Below, one piece after another: positions 36,975 to 42,442 of a stretch of 42,442 nucleotides of DNA. The translations under genes were made by a program, and so were the position numbers. Source of the stretch: a virus (lineage: Duplodnaviria > Caudoviricetes); IMG/VR virus record IMGVR_UViG_3300014202_000216, positions 1-42,442 of that record; one strand, given 5' to 3'. The notes under the pieces are model-generated. The model searched no databases. It was not told where the DNA came from and saw nothing but the letters and a program-made list of their open reading frames with translations. The stretch's first letter is position 1. Each line of letters begins with the position of its first letter.

Positions 36975-37001
36975 GGCTCGACTTGATTGTCGGGCCTTTT
37001 T
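36975..37001 (+). terminator. Intrinsic terminator-like hairpin
   Basis: GGCTCGAC-TTGATT-GTCGGGCC-TTTTT. Confidence 0.55.
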
Positions 37002-37016
37002 CTATTGGAGAAATCA

Positions 37017-38159
37017 ATGCCCAGAAACGGTTCCGGCTCATATACGCCCCCAGCAGGCACAGCAGCCACGGCCAATACGACGATTGAAAGCGCCAAATAT
37101 AACGACTTTCTGGACGATAACGCAGCGGCCCACAGCGCGGCGATTGTGGCCGATGGACAGAAGCCGTTTTCCGCAAATCAGCCTATGGGCAACCATAAAC
37201 TCACAGGCCTAGCCGCTGGTACGACGAACGGGGATTCCGTCCGATATGAGCAGTCGTCCGCGTCCATCCTAACGACGCGCGGCGATCTGCTGCGCCGTGG
37301 TGCATCCGCAGCCGAGCGAGTTGCGCTCGGTACTGCTGGACAGGTCCTTAAGGCGGGGGCAACCGATCCTGCGTGGGCGACTGTGACCGGCGCTGACGTT
37401 ATTTATGACGATTCTGGCAACTTCACTAAACGAACGCTCGTCACAGTCCAAAATGACCATGTAACTCTGGCTGCTGCTGACCGTGGGCAACTCCACCGCT
37501 CCGGCGCTGCGTCGAAAACATGGACACTGCCCGCTGCATCAAGCGGCTTGGCCGGTTGGCAAATCGAGATTGACGACGCGGCGGGCGGGACTGCTATCTC
37601 ATCTCCGTCTACCGATATTTACGCGAATGGCGCGGCTGCTGCTACTTCCTACACTTGCGCTCAGGGCGAGTGGGGAACACTCAAGTGCATCGACGGGTCA
37701 GGCTATGTTCTGAACACGAACAAACCTGCCGCTTCGACAACAGTACGCGGCACGCAAGCCAACGCGACGGCAGCTATCGCGCGGGCCAAATCGTCCACAA
37801 CGACAACGTTGACGCCATCGAATCTCGCGGACCTTGAGTTCGAGAGTTCGGAGATCACAATAACTCTCGGAACCGGCAGCAGCACCCTTGCACACGGACT
37901 TGGGGTGAAACCCAAAAGAGTTCAGGCGTTCATCCGCTGCAAAACAACAGAGCTTGGCTACGCGGTCGGGGAGGAGGTTCCGGTATACTTCAGCGACCAA
38001 GGCACTACTGCACGTAATGCTCAGGCGTTCATCGTTGACAGCACGTATGTCGGTTATGTCATCGCCGCGTCGAACTTTGTCATCCTCAGCAAATCAACAT
38101 TCCTTGGCGTAGCTATTACGACCGGCAACTGGAAGCTCGTTATCAGGGCGGGGCTGTAA
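37017..38159 (+). CDS. Tail fibre/spike
   Basis: MPRNGSGSYTPP anchor, TTRGDLL, TWTLPAAS, C-terminal HGLGVKP. Confidence 0.82.
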   Translation: MPRNGSGSYTPPAGTAATANTTIESAKYNDFLDDNAAAHSAAIVADGQKPFSANQPMGNHKLTGLAAGTTNGDSVRYEQSSASILTTRGDLLRRGASAAERVALGTAGQVLKAGATDPAWATVTGADVIYDDSGNFTKRTLVTVQNDHVTLAAADRGQLHRSGAASKTWTLPAASSGLAGWQIEIDDAAGGTAISSPSTDIYANGAAAATSYTCAQGEWGTLKCIDGSGYVLNTNKPAASTTVRGTQANATAAIARAKSSTTTTLTPSNLADLEFESSEITITLGTGSSTLAHGLGVKPKRVQAFIRCKTTELGYAVGEEVPVYFSDQGTTARNAQAFIVDSTYVGYVIAASNFVILSKSTFLGVAITTGNWKLVIRAGL

Positions 38160-38163
38160 TCCG

Positions 38164-38589
38164 ATGAGTTTTGACAGATTCGCACTAGCGGACAGCCTGC
38201 GCCGACATGAGGGCTGCGTTCTCACCGCCTATCCTGATCATCTCGGATTTTTGACAATCGGTGTCGGTCGCCTCATCGACAAGCGCAAGGGTGGCGGTAT
38301 TTCTCAAGAGGAAGCCGAATATCTGCTCACCAATGATATCGCCCGTGTCGAGGCCAGCCTTACATCTGCGATACCGTGGATGAGGGGCCTCTCAGATGCT
38401 CGCCAGCGCGTTCTAATTGAAATGGCGTTCCAGCTAGGTGTGACCGGCACTACAGCGTTCAGGCAAGCCATGAGGGCCATGCAGGCGGGCGATTGGCAGA
38501 CAGCACATGACCAGATGCTTGATAGCCGATGGGCGCGTCAGACACCGGCAAGGGCGAAGGAATTGGCCGCGCAAATGTTGAAGGGATAA
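38164..38589 (+). CDS. Endolysin, T4-like lysozyme (GH24)
   Basis: HEG..L.AYPD.LGFLTIGVG, MAFQLG, DSRWARQTP.RA. Confidence 0.93.
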   Translation: MSFDRFALADSLRRHEGCVLTAYPDHLGFLTIGVGRLIDKRKGGGISQEEAEYLLTNDIARVEASLTSAIPWMRGLSDARQRVLIEMAFQLGVTGTTAFRQAMRAMQAGDWQTAHDQMLDSRWARQTPARAKELAAQMLKG

Positions 38590-38593
38590 CCCA

Positions 38594-38818
38594 ATGCTAG
38601 ACTGGATCAAATCTCACCTTGTTGACGATGCAAAAAACGCTGCCAAATGGTTCAGCGTTCAAAGCATGGGATTTGTAACCGTGCTGCTAGGCTCATGGGC
38701 TGCGCTGCCGGATGACCTTAAATCAGCATTGCCGACATGGCTTGTGCCGGTCATTGCAATGGTGGTTCTGGCGCTGGGTATTGTCGGGCGGTTGGTGAAG
38801 CAGGGGCCAAAGGAATGA
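38594..38818 (+). CDS. Holin
   Basis: Two TM helices, KWFSVQ, GRLVKQ; between lysin and spanin. Confidence 0.8.
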   Translation: MLDWIKSHLVDDAKNAAKWFSVQSMGFVTVLLGSWAALPDDLKSALPTWLVPVIAMVVLALGIVGRLVKQGPKE

Positions 38819-39279
38819 TCCCGAACCCTTGGCTCATCCTAGGCGCGGTCGGTGTGGCCCTCAGCTTGATCGTGGGTGCGTATTTCTATGGCGTCCATAC
38901 CACGAACACCTCGCGCGATAAATCAGCCCTCACGGCTCAACTGAAGGCCGCAGAAGCCACCCGTCTCAAAGAGGCTGAGTGGCGCACTGCATTGGACGCC
39001 TCACAATCCGAACTCGCAGAAGAAAGAGCAAACCATGCGAAACAAGAAGCCGCTTTACGCAATGACATTGACACTGGCGCTCGCAAGCTGCGCATCGCTA
39101 TCGCCAAGCAACAGTTGCCCGACGGTTCCGAAGGCACCAGCGGAAGCGATGACGCCACCGCAGAACTTGCTCCAGAAGCTAGACGCCATTATTTTGATTT
39201 CAGAGCCGCAATTGTAACGACCGAAGAGGCGCTCAAGGCTTGTCAGGGGTATGTTCGCGCGATTGGCGGGGCGGATTAG
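38815..39279 (+). CDS. Rz: Inner-membrane spanin
   Basis: N-terminal TM, coiled coil, G.RKLRI, LKACQGYV. Confidence 0.85.
   Translation: MIPNPWLILGAVGVALSLIVGAYFYGVHTTNTSRDKSALTAQLKAAEATRLKEAEWRTALDASQSELAEERANHAKQEAALRNDIDTGARKLRIAIAKQQLPDGSEGTSGSDDATAELAPEARRHYFDFRAAIVTTEEALKACQGYVRAIGGAD
39035..39217 (+). CDS. Rz1: Outer-membrane spanin lipoprotein embedded in Rz
   Basis: LALASC lipobox, Pro-rich mature part, +1 frame entirely within Rz. Confidence 0.8.
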   Translation: MRNKKPLYAMTLTLALASCASLSPSNSCPTVPKAPAEAMTPPQNLLQKLDAIILISEPQL

Positions 39280-39471
39280 GCCTTCGTGCGAGGCCGGACT
39301 CTGGTGCAAGCCATCTGATAAAGGCTTAGGCCCGGATTTCTCTTGTGGAAATGATCAGTGATGTGCAGCGCGTCGTATTCGTGACTGCGCAAATGTTCGT
39401 CGCTAATCGCACGCAGAAAAGTATGGCCGCTGTCACGGTTGTTTTCTACGTAGTCGCTGAAGTCTAATTCG
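39276..39471 (-). pseudogene. 3' part of a 75-codon phage gene split by the IS
   Basis: Joins in frame with 42202-42233 once the IS and one target duplication are removed. Confidence 0.8.
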
Positions 39472-39526
39472 CAGATATATCCCCTAGAGACATGGGGGAA
39501 GGCGGCGTAATTTAATATGGGAAATA

Positions 39527-39739
39527 ATGATGAGTTTTGTTGAGCGCGAGCTTCAAAAGATTTCGGCGGCACTGAGAGACCCCAATGCCGCCGATGCCTA
39601 TGACAAGTTGTATGCCGCCCAGCAGGCCCTATCGTGGGCCTTGGAGCCGGACGGATTCAGGACGCCCTACAATATGATTAGGGGCATTCCGGTAGGTGCA
39701 GCAGGTTGTTTGCACCCAGTCCATCAGCCTCAGTCTTGA
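39527..39739 (+). CDS. Small IS passenger protein
   Basis: MSFVERELQKI...LYAAQQALSWALEP just inside the inverted repeat. Confidence 0.55.
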   Translation: MMSFVERELQKISAALRDPNAADAYDKLYAAQQALSWALEPDGFRTPYNMIRGIPVGAAGCLHPVHQPQS

Positions 39740-39965
39740 GGTATTTGTTCCCGTAAGGGCTGGTGGCCGTAATCACGCGGACTTGGAGAATTCCGTCACC
39801 GACAAAATATTCCCATGCGCCGCTGTCGATGTCCCAGATGGCCTGCTGTTGGGTAATTTTCCAGCGGCTTCTATCTGGGTTTATTCCCCCGACATTGATA
39901 ATCCGCTCATAGGGGTTAAGCCGGTCGTCTTTGTTGATGCACCGGATGGTTTGGGTGTTAGGCAT
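39678..39965 (-). CDS. DUF3892-like protein
   Basis: IRCINKDDRLNPYERIINVGG...KYLKTEADG..NNLLHLPECP; RBS AGGAG. Confidence 0.8.
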   Translation of the reverse strand: MPNTQTIRCINKDDRLNPYERIINVGGINPDRSRWKITQQQAIWDIDSGAWEYFVGDGILQVRVITATSPYGNKYLKTEADGLGANNLLHLPECP

Positions 39966-40051
39966 GACAATCTCCTGTCACAAATCGTGAAGGAGCACCA
40001 TTTGACTCAAGTGCCGAGTCAGGATTCTCTAGCCACATACCGAAAAGTAAG

Positions 40052-40160
40052 CCTCGCTTGGCGCTCCGATGTTGGGCGAGGACCTAAAGAAGGCCGGGGG
40101 TGCAACCCCGGCCAATTCTTCCTTAGGCAGACCAAGTCACCAGCCTGAGGTGAGTCGGTC
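40052..40160 (+). ncRNA. Putative structured RNA inside the IS
   Basis: Three consecutive long hairpins downstream of a TTGACT -35-like box; strand inferred. Confidence 0.35.
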
Positions 40161-40263
40161 TTTGTGTCTAGACAAAGTATCTATGCGCCGCACAGGCACA
40201 TCATCTTGATTCTCACGATTACTGAGCAAGCCCTGTTTTTCGCTATGAATTCGCCATTTTCTC

Positions 40264-40722
40264 GTGCCACGATGCGGCAACGAAAATGGGGGATGCAGCA
40301 TGGCTGGGGCTATCGTGAACGCTTGTCAGCCTACGGCGGGGTGGCCATATCTAATGTGGCACCCGAATATTTCTGATGCCGCTATGGCGGAGTCCATCAA
40401 GCATCCGGACGCTATTTTGGTTGCGATGCAGCTCGGTAGGTTAGACTTAGTGTCAACTTTACTTGCTGTCTTGGGTATCTTGATCGGGCTTGGAACCCTC
40501 ATAGGATATTGGGAGTTTCGTGCGAAGGTTATTAAGAGGGCTGAAAATGCGGCGGCTGATGCTGCTGGGAAATATATTGAAATTCGCCTTGCTGATATGG
40601 TTGCGGAGGCGGTCAGGTTTCAATTGAGTATGAGTGTTGGGAGCGTGCAGGGTAATGACATTGCTACAAATATCGATGACAAGGCCCCAGACGTGAAGGT
40701 AGATGAAAATGGCGGAAAGTAG
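40264..40722 (+). CDS. Membrane protein (start uncertain)
   Basis: TM segment LVSTLLAVLGILIGLGTLIGYW; overlaps the peptidase gene. Confidence 0.6.
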   Translation: MPRCGNENGGCSMAGAIVNACQPTAGWPYLMWHPNISDAAMAESIKHPDAILVAMQLGRLDLVSTLLAVLGILIGLGTLIGYWEFRAKVIKRAENAAADAAGKYIEIRLADMVAEAVRFQLSMSVGSVQGNDIATNIDDKAPDVKVDENGGK

Positions 40723-41239
40723 CGTCTTTAGCATCATTAAGAAGTATTGGAACATCGCCCCCGTCGATGTGCGTCAGATTATTTTGGACGCCGGAGTTGA
40801 CTATCGGGAGGTGGTAATGCCACGCAATCAATCCGGCATGATCGAACGTAAGGCGGATGATCAATATGTAATTTCCGTAAACGTAAGTGATAGTCCTGTG
40901 CGGCGGCGCTTTACTGCGGCACATGAACTTGCTCATTACGTTTATCACCGTGATTTGATGGGAAGGAGCCATTCAGATGGTCGGTTATATCGCGTTGTTC
41001 CGGCTGATGGCCTCTCGAACGATAGAATCGGTGCCCCCGAAGAAACGGAGGCCAATCGCTTTGCCGCGAATTTGCTGATGCCGCAGCATTTGATTGAGTT
41101 TCTTGAAGGTAAGGGCATTACTGACATTGAGGAGTTGGCCTCGCGTCTAGACGTATCGGTCCCCGCCATGCGGGTACGAAAGGGTTTGTCACCCTACCCG
41201 TCGGCGGAGGAGGTGTTTGGAGCGGTGCAAAGTGGCTGA
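40703..41239 (+). CDS. ImmA/IrrE-family metallopeptidase
   Basis: RRRFTAAHELAHYVYH (HExxH), ETEANRFAANLLMP. Confidence 0.92.
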   Translation: MKMAESSVFSIIKKYWNIAPVDVRQIILDAGVDYREVVMPRNQSGMIERKADDQYVISVNVSDSPVRRRFTAAHELAHYVYHRDLMGRSHSDGRLYRVVPADGLSNDRIGAPEETEANRFAANLLMPQHLIEFLEGKGITDIEELASRLDVSVPAMRVRKGLSPYPSAEEVFGAVQSG

Positions 41240-41271
41240 CGCGAAATTTGACCTCCTCCTTTCCAAGATGG

Positions 41272-42138
41272 TCAGGGGCGAGGAAAAGCCAGTAAAAGCA
41301 GGTCAAACATCAAGTGCGGCTGCTTCCGCAGGTTGTGACGAAACTCGAACTCGCCAAGGTATGAAGCGAGATGCTTCTTAGACACCCAGATATGCGTTCC
41401 ATTGATGCCGCGCTTGAGTGCTGACCAGAAGGACTCGATTGAGTTTGTATGGACCGGCCCGCGCACGTATTCCTTCGCCTTATGGTTGACTGAGGCGTGA
41501 ACAAAGCCTTCGCTTTTCAGGTCCATATAGATGCGGGCGCTATCGGTGTAGACGGTTGCGCCTTCTTTGATGTTCTTGACCATGTGCGGGACGATGTTGT
41601 TGATGGTGGCTGTGTCCACAACGCGGGTGATAATGTCCCCGCCGCGTTCGATCATGCCAAGAACGATATGTTTGTCGTCTCTGCCTGTCCGGTCCTTACC
41701 GCCAATAAAAGCCTCGTCAGCTTCTACCGCGCCACCGCCGCCGATTTGATCATCTCCATCGACCCAGCCCATGTACTTGCGGATTTCATGGCCCATGCGC
41801 CATGCGGTCTTATAGGTGACGCCAAGCTGGCGCTGGATTTCCTTCGCGCTGACGCCGTTCCGCGTCGTGCAAAACAAAAACATTACATAGAACCAGTCGC
41901 GCAATGACGTGCGTGTACGGGCAAACGGTGTTCCGGCTGTCGGGTAGACCTGATGGCCGCAGAACTCGCACTCGTAGCAACGGCGGGCTTTGACGCGATG
42001 GTGCTTGGCTTCCGCACCGCAGCTTTTGCAGAAGAACTTGGAGCCGTAACGCACATTCATCAGGTGGTCCAAGCAGGCGTCATCGTCTGGGAACTGCTTA
42101 TTGAACTGTTTGATGGTCATCGGTTTGGTCATCGTCAT
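41272..42138 (-). CDS. IS1595-family (ISXO2-like) DDE transposase
   Basis: Zinc ribbon CKSC..CEFC, HTH LGVTYKTAW, VEADE / YTD / HTNSIESFW, YLGEFEFRHN. Confidence 0.95.
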   Translation of the reverse strand: MTMTKPMTIKQFNKQFPDDDACLDHLMNVRYGSKFFCKSCGAEAKHHRVKARRCYECEFCGHQVYPTAGTPFARTRTSLRDWFYVMFLFCTTRNGVSAKEIQRQLGVTYKTAWRMGHEIRKYMGWVDGDDQIGGGGAVEADEAFIGGKDRTGRDDKHIVLGMIERGGDIITRVVDTATINNIVPHMVKNIKEGATVYTDSARIYMDLKSEGFVHASVNHKAKEYVRGPVHTNSIESFWSALKRGINGTHIWVSKKHLASYLGEFEFRHNLRKQPHLMFDLLLLAFPRP

Positions 42139-42193
42139 CTCCTATGACTAGAAGATAAGAACTCCCGCCCCATGTTTCAAGGGGATATAGCTG

Positions 42194-42233
42194 CTAATTC
42201 GCTTATTGCAAGCACACCAATTCTGCTCATCAT
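42194..42233 (-). pseudogene. 5' part of the IS-split gene
   Basis: AGGAGAG-ATG ATG AGC AGA... reads MMSRIGVLAISEL into the target duplication. Confidence 0.8.
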
Positions 42234-42246
42234 CTCTCCTTATAGA

Positions 42247-42352
42247 AGCCCCAGCGTCCCTATAGTTGGGATGCGCTGGGGTCACGCACCCAGCAGGATC
42301 ATTTCTGACTGTGCTGGGGCGCTATGGTGCCGGTGATCAGTTCCGGCCATCT
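42247..42352 (-). ncRNA. Hairpin series continuing the non-coding cluster across the junction
   Basis: Three adjacent stems (CCCCAGCG/CGCTGGGG; CCCAGCA/TGCTGGG with GAAA loop; CCGG/CCGG within ATGG/CCAT). Confidence 0.4.
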
Positions 42353-42442
42353 CGTTGCCCATACGGGCGAATAAATCCAGTGGGCCGGACTCGACACCGG
42401 CTCGTCGGGTTGCGCTAGGGTCAGGGCAACGACAAACGTCAA
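42353..42442. repeat. Right copy of 90-bp terminal direct repeat
   Basis: Identical to 9-98. Confidence 0.95.

Larger units (their letters stand above)
39472..42193 (-). mobile_element. IS1595-family transporter IS (2722 bp) with passenger genes
   Basis: 26-bp terminal inverted repeats (39472-39497, 42168-42193; 3 mismatches); 8-bp duplication CTAATTCG at 39464-39471 and 42194-42201. Confidence 0.93.

Noticed and set aside
37017-38159. Diversity-generating retroelement or invertible tail-fibre cassette
   Set aside because: No reverse transcriptase or invertase, and no second copy of the fibre 3' end was noticed
39276-39572. 98-aa ORF as a real gene
   Set aside because: Its N-terminal third is read from the IS end; the true 5' end is at 42233
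41272-42138. Transposase domesticated as the phage integrase
   Set aside because: It lies within its own inverted repeats and target duplication and interrupts a phage gene, so it is best read as an ordinary IS insertion

Overview
The window is an apparently complete, circularly permuted genome (unit about 42.3 kb; 90-bp direct repeat at the two ends) of a lambdoid-organised podovirus. The host is most likely an alphaproteobacterium, inferred from a GapR homologue and a NusG-type late antiterminator. Layout: a leftward early operon (ASCH, Lar, HNH, SSB, ERF); a cI/cro switch with five operator palindromes; a rightward early/replication operon (initiator with iterons, GapR, methyltransferase, NusG); an accessory structural cluster; terminase, portal, scaffold and capsid; a short-tail module with ejection proteins; a tail fibre; and a lysis cassette with embedded Rz/Rz1. 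No integrase or partition gene is recognisable. Two regions stand out. (1) Where the integrase would normally lie (about 1-820, continuing across the junction to about 42245) there is a minus-strand cluster of tRNA-like units. They share an acceptor-like stem plus T-arm scaffold but have different inserts in place of the anticodon arm. (2) A complete 2722-bp IS1595-family transporter IS (26-bp terminal inverted repeats, perfect 8-bp target duplication) splits a 75-codon phage gene. It carries DUF3892-like, membrane and ImmA/IrrE passengers plus a structured non-coding segment. All calls are by eye from motifs and synteny; no database search or folding program was run.
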